Under the pieces are notes generated by a model. The model did no database searches, was not told the DNA's origin, and saw only the letters and a list, made by a program, of their open reading frames with translations. Shown in pieces: positions 9,575 to 17,725 of a DNA stretch of 64,000 nucleotides (within the stretch, counting starts at the first letter, position 1; every line of letters starts with the position of its first letter). The position numbers and the translations under genes are program-made. The DNA is from an uncultured Phycisphaeraceae bacterium (GTDB taxonomy: Bacteria; Planctomycetota; Phycisphaerae; UBA1845): contig CAYRHJ010000016.1 in the NCBI GenBank assembly GCA_964424105.1, forward strand, positions 75,520 to 139,519. The letters run 5' to 3'.

Positions 9575-10480
9575 ATGAATTGGACGTTCCGCGATAAGGC
9601 GATCGACCTGTCCGAAAAGCCCGTGGTCATGGGTGTCTTGAACGTCACGCCCGATTCGTTTTCCGACGGTGGGCAGTTTCACGACGTCGACGCCGCGGTT
9701 GGCCATGCCAGCGCGATGATCGACGCCGGCGCCGCCATCATCGACGTGGGCCCGGAATCGACTCGGCCCGGATCGGACCCGACATCCGCCGATGTTCAAA
9801 TCGAGCGCGTTCGTTCCGTGATCCCGGCCGTTCGAAAGCGCCATCCCCGAACCGCCCTATCCATCGACACGAGATTGGCCGCTGTCGCGATGGCGGCGCT
9901 CGATTGGGGCGCGGACATCGTCAATGACGTTTCTGCCTTGCGCGACGACGCCGACATGACCCGCCTGGTGCGTGAAAGTGGGTGCGGGTTGATTATGATG
10001 CATATGAAATCGCGTCCCAAGGATATGCAAGAAGACGGGAATTTGTATTACGTCGACGTGGTACGTGACGTCGGGACGTTTCTGCGACAGCACGTCGGCA
10101 TGGCGGTTCGAGCCGGCGTTGAACGGAACCGCATCGCGGTCGATCCGGGCATCGGATTCGGCAAGACCACGGATCAGAATCTGGAACTTCTGGGCCGCAT
10201 GCGCGAGATTGTGGACCTGGGGCATCCCGTCGTGGTCGGCGCTTCGCGGAAACGGTTCATCGGCGAAGTTTTGGGGCAGCCGGATCCACAGGATCGACAG
10301 ATCGGTTCATTGACGTCTGCGGTGGCGGCGGTGTTGGCAGGCGTTCAGGTCGTTCGTGTGCACGACGTGCACGCTACGGTCCAGGCGGTTGCAATGGCGC
10401 ATGCGATTCGAATGGCGACATCCCGTGGCGAGAATGAGGCCGGAGGTTACATGCCTGCGAATCAACCCATGGCCCCCTGA
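9575..10480 (+). CDS. folP: dihydropteroate synthase
   Basis: VMGVLNVTPDSFSDGG, DVGPESTRPG, NDVSALRDD and DPGIGFGKT motifs. Start set at the MNWTF methionine; the ORF is open from 9515. The ftsH-folP order is common. Confidence 0.93.
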   Translation: MNWTFRDKAIDLSEKPVVMGVLNVTPDSFSDGGQFHDVDAAVGHASAMIDAGAAIIDVGPESTRPGSDPTSADVQIERVRSVIPAVRKRHPRTALSIDTRLAAVAMAALDWGADIVNDVSALRDDADMTRLVRESGCGLIMMHMKSRPKDMQEDGNLYYVDVVRDVGTFLRQHVGMAVRAGVERNRIAVDPGIGFGKTTDQNLELLGRMREIVDLGHPVVVGASRKRFIGEVLGQPDPQDRQIGSLTSAVAAVLAGVQVVRVHDVHATVQAVAMAHAIRMATSRGENEAGGYMPANQPMAP

Positions 10481-11313
10481 CCGATGGCGTAGATTTGGTC
10501 AGGCCTGCCGATGCCGGTCACTTTTCCCCATACCATGCGGATGGAGGACGGAGAAGGGACGAATCCCAAAGTCCGCAACAGGTCGATCGAATCGTGATTG
10601 ACGCCGGGGACCGCGGTGATGACCTGCGATTCTCGCAGGAAACCGAGAACGCCTTTCAGCACATGTATCGCCGCGTCGCGATCCTCGGCCAACCAAGGCC
10701 CGATGCGCAAGCCCTGGCTCGAAGGAAACAACACCGCGTAGGCCCTGATTCTTGTGCCGGATCGCAGAATACAGGTGGCGATCGCACGATGCAGAACACC
10801 ATTCAGGAGCCGATCGCGACGGTCGCCGAATCGCTCCGCGTCGAAGTCAACCAGATCCGCTCGATCGGTCATTACAAGGGGTTCATAGGCCCCGTGGTCC
10901 ACCGGCGACCCTGCCGCGAGGCGAAATCGAGGGGACTCGAACTCCTCGCGGAAGCCCAACTTCCGATACAACGCCATGCCGGGCGGGTCCGCCTCCAGCC
11001 GAACCGTCGCGATGCCCCGCCGGTCGATTTCCGCCAACGCGTGCTGCAACAGTTGTCGACCGATTCCGCGTCCACGGGCATCGGGCAAGACGATCAAATT
11101 ACCAATCCACGCCGTTCGCTCGTACACGGTCGTCGTGACCATGCCGACCCGCCGCCCGGCTTCTTCGGCGATGAACGAACCGTCCGGATCATGCGACAGA
11201 ATCAATTCGAAGACGTCGCGCGTAGCATCCCATCCCTCGCGAGACGTTTGCTCAAGACCAAAGGTGACGTCAGGCGCTTGAAAAATTCGTAGGGTGACGG
11301 TTTTGCTCATCAA
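10462..11313 (-). CDS. two-domain GNAT family N-acetyltransferase
   Basis: Acetyl-CoA motif LIVLPDARGRGIGRQLLQHAL in the N-terminal half, plus a second YitH-type C-terminal domain. The 3' end overlaps folP convergently by 19 nt. Confidence 0.85.
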   Translation of the reverse strand: MMSKTVTLRIFQAPDVTFGLEQTSREGWDATRDVFELILSHDPDGSFIAEEAGRRVGMVTTTVYERTAWIGNLIVLPDARGRGIGRQLLQHALAEIDRRGIATVRLEADPPGMALYRKLGFREEFESPRFRLAAGSPVDHGAYEPLVMTDRADLVDFDAERFGDRRDRLLNGVLHRAIATCILRSGTRIRAYAVLFPSSQGLRIGPWLAEDRDAAIHVLKGVLGFLRESQVITAVPGVNHDSIDLLRTLGFVPSPSSIRMVWGKVTGIGRPDQIYAIGQGAMG

Positions 11314-11326
11314 TATTGGGTGCGCG

Positions 11327-12436
11327 TTACGTCGTTTTCCGATCGCCCTTGACGCCTCCAGCCCAATAGCAGACAGCCCCGATGGGAATTATCAGTAACG
11401 CAAGGGTGTCGCTGAGCAGCGACGCCAACAACGATGCGGAGGCGGGCACGCCCAGCATCCCAAAAAGCCACACGGTCACGCCCGCGCCGATGGCCATCCG
11501 ACTGATTCCCAGCGGCACCATGCCGACAAATAGCGTGACGGGTACGAAGGCCAAGCATTCCCAAAACAGGCCTTCCTGTCCCAGGGCCAGAAAAATGACG
11601 TACGTTTCGATCGATCGCATCGCTTGAACGCCTATTCCCCAACCCACAGCGCGGAACAGAACTGCGTACGACGTGCGATACTGACGAATGGATTCCAGTA
11701 CCCGAACCATCCCCACGAGTGGTTTGCGGCAGATGGACGGCGAGCGCGGGATCCATGTGACGAGGGACCGCTCGATCGGGCCGGCCAACAGTGTGGCTGC
11801 GATGACGGCGGTCCCCACGCCCAAGGCGGACAAGACCAGCGTCCACCTGCCCGGAAACCCGAAATCGAACAAGCAAAGCACCACAACACACAACGTCACC
11901 AGCGACAGCAGTCCCGTCACGCGGTCCACGATCACGCTGGTAACGACGGCGAACGATTGGCCATGTGTGCGAGAAACGAACCAGGTTCGCATGATGTCCG
12001 TTCCCAGCGTGCCGGGAAATAGTTTCCCGGCAAAATAGCTGGTGAACAACGTCATCGTCAGCCGCCATAGGGATTCACGAACGCCTACTGTGAACAATAG
12101 AATTTGCCATTTGCGGGCGATGACGAAGCGATTGCCGACCGTGATGACCATGGCCAGCACGATCCAGCCCGGTTTCGCTTGAAAGAGGGCGTTGGTGATT
12201 TCCTGAATGGGGACGTGCCAGACGACGATGTACGCGAAGAGGCCACCTGTGACGAGTCCTCCCAGGCAAACGCGCAACCATCGATTCAATCGAGTGCGGG
12301 ACGGGGATCGATTCAAGGGGTCGTCGGTGGCCAACGCCACTTCCAGCGGTGAATCCCCGTCCCGATCAACCGCATGTGATGATTGTTCTGCCGTGGGGCT
12401 CAACGACGGGAACTCTAGCATGGGTTTGATTGGCAT
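11327..12436 (-). CDS. flippase-like (lysylphosphatidylglycerol synthase TM region / UPF0104) membrane protein
   Basis: Polytopic protein. The N-terminal pattern RLNRWLRVCLGGLVTGGLFAYIV...ALFQAKPGWIVLAMVITVGNRFVIARKWQILL is typical of this family. It lies 13 nt upstream of the GNAT gene on the same strand. Confidence 0.8.
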   Translation of the reverse strand: MPIKPMLEFPSLSPTAEQSSHAVDRDGDSPLEVALATDDPLNRSPSRTRLNRWLRVCLGGLVTGGLFAYIVVWHVPIQEITNALFQAKPGWIVLAMVITVGNRFVIARKWQILLFTVGVRESLWRLTMTLFTSYFAGKLFPGTLGTDIMRTWFVSRTHGQSFAVVTSVIVDRVTGLLSLVTLCVVVLCLFDFGFPGRWTLVLSALGVGTAVIAATLLAGPIERSLVTWIPRSPSICRKPLVGMVRVLESIRQYRTSYAVLFRAVGWGIGVQAMRSIETYVIFLALGQEGLFWECLAFVPVTLFVGMVPLGISRMAIGAGVTVWLFGMLGVPASASLLASLLSDTLALLIIPIGAVCYWAGGVKGDRKTT

Positions 12437-12590
12437 TCAATCGGGTGTTTCGTGATGGTCGGACGTGTAGCATCGCATGACAATTCGTGGCCCATCGAAA
12501 ACGTTCGATCCAGTTGAATTTTGAATCACTTGATTACGACGATTGCCGCGGAAGTCAATGGATTTCCGCTCCCCGACGGTCGCGGGTTGG

Positions 12591-12668
12591 AATGATTTGG
12601 TCGCGGTGCCATCGTGAGCGCGTGAAACCCGTCAAACGATCTAGATTCCGGCGTTCGCCGGAATGACG
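12591..12668. repeat. composite ~80-90-nt intergenic repeat, copy 1 (AATGAT...GATTCCGGCGTTCGCCGGAATGACG)
   Basis: Ends in a 25-mer identical to 59168-59192. It begins with aatgatttggtcgcgg, related to the other copies, with 52-54 nt between that box and the hairpin in all three copies. Confidence 0.75.
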
Positions 12669-12777
12669 CATGCAGGCGGTCGCGGGTTGGATGGGAAATG
12701 TCACACGTTCACCAGTCGAAAAGTGACCAGGGATCAGGGCTGGGGTCTACGCCGAGTGACGCAGGATTGCGCGAGAT

Positions 12778-13803
12778 TCAGACTTGAACATCACCGCGGG
12801 CGCGAATCACGTGTTCGGCGATTTGAACGGCGTTCAGGGCGGCTCCTTTTCGCAACTGATCGCCTGAAACAAAAAGGTCAATGCCGGTGCCGTCAGGGCG
12901 ACTTTGATCGGATCGGATGCGGCCGACAAGGACGTCGTCTTGTCCGGAAGCATCAACGGGCATGGGAAAATAATTCCGTGCCCGATCATCGACAACCTTC
13001 ACACCCGGTGCACGGGCCAGCAGGTCGCGAACCGCATCCGGCGAAACGGGTTCGTGAAATTCCAGGTTGATGGACTCGCTGTGGGCACGCAGGATGGGCA
13101 CGCGCACACACGTTGCGGTCATGGCTAAACCGTCGTGGTGCAGGATTTTCCGAGATTCGTCCACCATTTTCTGTTCTTCCACGTTGTAACCGTTGGGGCC
13201 CATGTCGGTGTTGTGGCAGAACAGGTTGAAGGCCATCGGGTGGGGCAGGACGCTGGGCGTGACGGGTCTTCCGTCCAGATGTTCTCGCGTTTGTCGTTGC
13301 AGTTCCAGCATGGCCTGCATGCCCGCACCGCTGGCGGACTGGTAGGTGCTGACGACGATTCGTTTGATGGGGAATCGCCGATGGATGGGGGCCACGGCCA
13401 TTAAAAGGATGATGGTCGAGCAATTTGGGTTGGCGATGATGCCGTGGTGATGGGCGATGTCTTCGGGATTCACTTCGGGAATGACGAGCGGGACGCCCGT
13501 GTCCATGCGGTAGGCCGACGAGTTGTCCACAACGACGGCGCCGGCACGAAGCGCATGCGGTGCGTATTGCAAGCTGACCGACTTGCCGGCTGAAAACAGG
13601 GCGATGTCGATGTTTCGGAAGCTATCGGGCGTGACCTGTTCCACGGTGATTTTGCGGCCCGACCATTGCACGATCTGACCGGCGGACCGCGGTGATGCGA
13701 GCAGTCGCAGCACCTGGACTGGAAAATTCCTGTCAGCCAGTACGCGTATGAATTCGGCACCAACGGCACCGCTGGCACCCAAAATGGCTACGTTGACTCC
13801 CAT
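12778..13803 (-). CDS. asd: aspartate-semialdehyde dehydrogenase
   Basis: VAILGASGAVGAEF Rossmann motif, active-site IANPNCSTI, YQSASGAG, 341 aa. Confidence 0.95.
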   Translation of the reverse strand: MGVNVAILGASGAVGAEFIRVLADRNFPVQVLRLLASPRSAGQIVQWSGRKITVEQVTPDSFRNIDIALFSAGKSVSLQYAPHALRAGAVVVDNSSAYRMDTGVPLVIPEVNPEDIAHHHGIIANPNCSTIILLMAVAPIHRRFPIKRIVVSTYQSASGAGMQAMLELQRQTREHLDGRPVTPSVLPHPMAFNLFCHNTDMGPNGYNVEEQKMVDESRKILHHDGLAMTATCVRVPILRAHSESINLEFHEPVSPDAVRDLLARAPGVKVVDDRARNYFPMPVDASGQDDVLVGRIRSDQSRPDGTGIDLFVSGDQLRKGAALNAVQIAEHVIRARGDVQV

Positions 13804-14004
13804 GTTGTGGTCCTTCGTGGTCCTTTCTACCCATTGTGGAAACAGGTTGGGTTACCGAATTCGCAGTTCGCCGTTCCATGTGAAAAGGCCGCCACCGGCG
13901 TTCGTCGTACACCGACTTGTCGAGTCCCATCGCTGCCCGTAGCATACTCCTTTTGGCCGGAATTTCACGTGGTTGGTGGTCGTAAAGTGAAACGGGGTGC
14001 TCCT

Positions 14005-14799
14005 ATGAATCGACGGAACGTTTTGGTATGCCTTGTTATGTTCACTTCGCATATTGCGATCTGTTTGCTAGCGAGTGGATCGGCTGAGGCTGCACAGGGG
14101 ACAGCGCAAGATGACGTGTCCGGGGCGGACCGCGAAATCGAAGCGATTCTCGAACGGGTGGAAGCCCAAGGAGAGCGTGTCAAGAATATCGTGTGTCGGG
14201 TCGAATTCACCACGCTGGACCGCATCGACGATGATCAGATTCAACGGACCGGAGAATTGCTGTTCAAGCGCCAAGTACCCAATCCGTGGTTTATGATTGC
14301 GTTCGACAAGACTGTGCAGGAAGGCGTCGTTCGCAATGAAAAACATTGGTACACTTTCGACGGCCGGTGGCTTCTGGAAGCCAGCGAGAGATCGCGATCC
14401 ATTATTCGACGTGATATAGCGCCATCGGGAACCGAGGTGGATCTGTTCAGCATCGACAAAGCCCCCTTCCCTATCCCGTTCGGACAGCGCAAAGACGATA
14501 TTTTGCGACATTTTGAGGTGAAACGAGGCGCGGGTGATCCGGGCGTTCCAGAGGTGGATCACCTGATCTGCACGCCGAAGGCAGACAGCCACTTGGCCAA
14601 GGTTTACAGCCGTCTGGAGTTTTATGTTTCACGTGCGATCGATCTTCCGACGCGCATCGTCATGACATCGCGAGACAAGACCCGCGTGACCACGGCGAAC
14701 TTTCCGGACCTGTCGGCGGGATCCATCAATATCGGGCTGGATGATCGACGATTTCGGTTGCCCGCGCAGACCAAGGATTATGCCGTCGCTGACGAGTAA
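14005..14799 (+). CDS. secreted LolA-like (outer-membrane lipoprotein carrier fold) protein, putative
   Basis: Signal peptide MNRRNVLVCLVMFTSHIAICLLASGSAEA. The pattern ILERVEAQGERVKNIVCRVEFT...GELLFKR..PWFMIAFD resembles LolA-like domains. Function tentative. The ORF is open from 13807. Confidence 0.6.
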   Translation: MNRRNVLVCLVMFTSHIAICLLASGSAEAAQGTAQDDVSGADREIEAILERVEAQGERVKNIVCRVEFTTLDRIDDDQIQRTGELLFKRQVPNPWFMIAFDKTVQEGVVRNEKHWYTFDGRWLLEASERSRSIIRRDIAPSGTEVDLFSIDKAPFPIPFGQRKDDILRHFEVKRGAGDPGVPEVDHLICTPKADSHLAKVYSRLEFYVSRAIDLPTRIVMTSRDKTRVTTANFPDLSAGSINIGLDDRRFRLPAQTKDYAVADE

Positions 14800-14853
14800 C
14801 ACGTGGGGTTGGCATTTTCTGCATGGCCGCACGCACCGGGGAGGTTCGGGGGT

Positions 14854-16008
14854 ATGTCAGATTTCATGAAGGCTGTCCGCAAAGTCAGTGCCGGTCCCGG
14901 ACTGGTGGTGGAAGACGTTCCCATCCCGGAAGTGGGCAACGACGACTGTCTGGTCCGTGTGGAGGCGGCAGGGATTTGCGGGACGGATCTGCATATCTGG
15001 AGTTGGGACCGATGGTCCAGTCGACGAGTCAAGCCGCCGCTGACGCTGGGTCATGAATTGGCCGGCACCGTCGTGGACATCGGAAGAGACGTAAAGACGG
15101 TGACGGTCGGCGACTATGTATCGGCCGAATCGCATATCACCTGCGGAATGTGTTATCAGTGTCGCACCGGTCAGGCACACATGTGCCCCAACACGGTCAT
15201 CATCGGGGTGGATCGCGCGGGTGGGTTTGCGGAATACGTTATCGTTCCGGAGAAGGTGATCTGGCGGAATAATCGGGCCAAGATTCCTCCGCAGATTGCC
15301 TGCCTTCAGGAGCCGTTTGGAAACGCGGTGTACGCGACACTGCATCAAGACATCACCGGGCGGTCGGTGGGGGTCATGGGTTGCGGGCCGATCGGGCTTT
15401 TCAGCGTCGCCATCGCGCGGGCCTCCGGGGCGTCGGCGGTCTTCGCAGCCGACGTGAATGCGTTTCGGCTGGGATTGGCGACGACCATGGGCGCGAATCG
15501 AGTGTTTAACCCGCAGGATTATTCTAGCGAAGGCAACGGCGAGCTTGTTCAGGCCATCGTTGACGCCAACGGTGGGTTCGGCGTGGACATCATGCTGGAG
15601 ATGAGCGGCGCGCCGGCGGCGATCAACACGGCGTTTCAAGCCGTACGCAACGGCGGAATCGTGGTGCTGTTTGGCATACCGTCCAAGCCGGTGGAAATCG
15701 ACGTGGCTGAAAACATGATTTTTAAGAACCTGACGGTCAGTTCGTTGAATGGTCGGCGCATCTTCGATACGTGGTACAAGACGAGATGGCTCCTGGAAGA
15801 GGGCGTCGTCGACCTTCGACCGTTGATCAGCAAGACGATCAGGCTGGAAGAGTTGAACGAGTCCATGCCGTTGTTGGCGGAGGGAAAGGCTTGCAAGCTG
15901 GTCGTCATACCGGAGCATCGCCAAGATCCGCCCGTCTTCGATCGGCGGAAGACCGAAACCGTTACCCCGCGCGATCCTAACATCAAGGGAGCGCCCGTTC
16001 ATCGATAG
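14854..16008 (+). CDS. tdh: L-threonine 3-dehydrogenase (Zn-dependent ADH family)
   Basis: Collinear with E. coli Tdh: AAGICGTDLHIWSWD, GHELAG, SHITCGMCYQCRTGQAHMC, FDTWYK. GAGG upstream of the ATG at 14854. Carries a ~35-aa C-terminal extension relative to classical Tdh. Confidence 0.92.
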   Translation: MSDFMKAVRKVSAGPGLVVEDVPIPEVGNDDCLVRVEAAGICGTDLHIWSWDRWSSRRVKPPLTLGHELAGTVVDIGRDVKTVTVGDYVSAESHITCGMCYQCRTGQAHMCPNTVIIGVDRAGGFAEYVIVPEKVIWRNNRAKIPPQIACLQEPFGNAVYATLHQDITGRSVGVMGCGPIGLFSVAIARASGASAVFAADVNAFRLGLATTMGANRVFNPQDYSSEGNGELVQAIVDANGGFGVDIMLEMSGAPAAINTAFQAVRNGGIVVLFGIPSKPVEIDVAENMIFKNLTVSSLNGRRIFDTWYKTRWLLEEGVVDLRPLISKTIRLEELNESMPLLAEGKACKLVVIPEHRQDPPVFDRRKTETVTPRDPNIKGAPVHR

Positions 16009-16032
16009 ATCGGCCGCCAGCGCCAACCCGTC

Positions 16033-16719
16033 ATGCGCGATTACCTGCGAACCGTTGTCACGAGTCTTCTGACGCCGTGGCGGACTGATTTGGGTCCCCT
16101 GCAACAGGATTCGTCCTGGCGAATCGTCGCCATCTTGGTTTTCCACCTGGCGATAGCTGGTGGCGTAGCTGCGATTCCGTCGTCGTGGACCTATCTGGTC
16201 GGCAAGGGCATGGTCCTGGGCGTAGACGAAATGGACCTCGGCGGCGACGACCTGCCGCCCGATTCCGTTCATCAGGTCACGGTGGGGTTGGTCGCATCCA
16301 TCGGCATCTGGATGGCTGTTTCAGCCGTATGCATCGGCGTTTGTGTCGTGGCGGCCGATGGGCTGTTCATCGCGGATCGCGAGGCATTTCGACTGGCTGT
16401 TCGACGTGCCTGCCTGTTGTCAGCTTGGCTGGTCGTTTGGTCGTCGGTGACGGTGGCAGCCAACCTGGAACGTGGACACCGCCTGGTACATCCCGCCCGT
16501 TGGCCTTGGGGAGAATCGTGGGAAATTCGCGATCGACTGATTTTCGCCGCGGTGGGCTTTCCGGTCATTTGGGCGGTGGGTTTGAACGCGGGGGATTCGA
16601 TGGTTGGGCGCCGATTTCGATGGTTATGGGTGGGTGCGGCGTTGGCGATATGTTGGTTCGAATGGTGGCTTATCTGGCGGGCGTTGCCGTGGATTTCATT
16701 GGAGGCCTACAGCGGATGA
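16033..16719 (+). CDS. hypothetical multi-pass membrane protein
   Basis: 228-aa ORF with about 4-5 hydrophobic helices. No recognisable family. Confidence 0.55.
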   Translation: MRDYLRTVVTSLLTPWRTDLGPLQQDSSWRIVAILVFHLAIAGGVAAIPSSWTYLVGKGMVLGVDEMDLGGDDLPPDSVHQVTVGLVASIGIWMAVSAVCIGVCVVAADGLFIADREAFRLAVRRACLLSAWLVVWSSVTVAANLERGHRLVHPARWPWGESWEIRDRLIFAAVGFPVIWAVGLNAGDSMVGRRFRWLWVGAALAICWFEWWLIWRALPWISLEAYSG

Positions 16720-16750
16720 GCGCACGAGGATCGTTCCTGCCGTCTGGTCC

Positions 16751-17644
16751 ATGGAAAGTCGCATGGCATTGAATCGATTCCGTCATGAACGACGGGGATG
16801 GTTATGGAGCATTCGCGCTGTCATTGTGATTGCGGGCCTGGCGTTCGGCGTTTTTCGATGGGGTGTGGATAGGCTGGATCGCCGGCTGGCTGCGGTGTGC
16901 TGGAACGTTCCGAGCCTTTGGAATGCAGTCGCGGAGGCAGCGGCCAAGACGGGCGTCATCGACTCGACGATACTGGGTTCCGAGGTTCTACTACGCCGTG
17001 CGAGCGTGCATTCGTTCTTTCAGGTACGTTACGCCATTGTCGCGCAGTCCGATCTATTTCGCACGGACATCTACGTGATCAACGAAGCCTACGACGTGGT
17101 CGGTCGTTTTCGACGCCAGACGACGCAATCGCAACTGATTACCGACCGGCGGCGAGGTTTGTCGCCGCTGAGCCACCTGCTGCCGGTTTACGATTCGCGT
17201 GGGACGGGTCGACTTTCCACACTGATTGGGTTTTCGCCCCTGGAATCGAAGAACCGGGCGCGTGGAAAATACGCCTACGTAAGCCTTGGTCCCGTGGTCA
17301 ACGAGATTCAAATGGTCTGTGACATCCGCACCAGTCCGCATTGGTCCGAAGTGACCATCGTGGTGGACGACGTGACGGACGATGGGTTGGATGACATTGC
17401 CATTTATGCCCTGACGGAAATTGGGGAGAAGTCGGCCATTGACCCGCGTCCGATCGCAGCCTTTCACTGGGATGATGAAACGAGTTGTTTCGTGCCTGAC
17501 GTGCCCGCGGAGATTGCAACGTTCCTGTCCTACTGGTGTGCCACTCCTGATTCACGTTTCCTGCATACCCCGGACGAGTGGTTGGACGAGGCACAGATCG
17601 ACGCACTTCCACTCATGCGGTCGATTGAACGTGACCGTCGATAA
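16751..17644 (+). CDS. hypothetical single-pass membrane protein
   Basis: N-terminal TM helix WLWSIRAVIVIAGLAFGVF followed by a soluble domain. No recognisable family. Start chosen at MESRM; the ORF is open from 16604. Confidence 0.55.
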   Translation: MESRMALNRFRHERRGWLWSIRAVIVIAGLAFGVFRWGVDRLDRRLAAVCWNVPSLWNAVAEAAAKTGVIDSTILGSEVLLRRASVHSFFQVRYAIVAQSDLFRTDIYVINEAYDVVGRFRRQTTQSQLITDRRRGLSPLSHLLPVYDSRGTGRLSTLIGFSPLESKNRARGKYAYVSLGPVVNEIQMVCDIRTSPHWSEVTIVVDDVTDDGLDDIAIYALTEIGEKSAIDPRPIAAFHWDDETSCFVPDVPAEIATFLSYWCATPDSRFLHTPDEWLDEAQIDALPLMRSIERDRR

Positions 17645-17725
17645 ACTTGATCAGTCATAGGCCGGCGTGGCCGCGCTCGCGAAGCGGCGTCGTCATCCGA
17701 ACCCACCCATATTGTTTGAACGTTG

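Noticed and set aside
14857-16272. 471-aa minus-strand ORF
   Set aside because: It is antisense to tdh, which has an unambiguous collinear match to Tdh. The translation is Arg/Pro/His-rich and low in complexity, typical of a high-GC shadow ORF.
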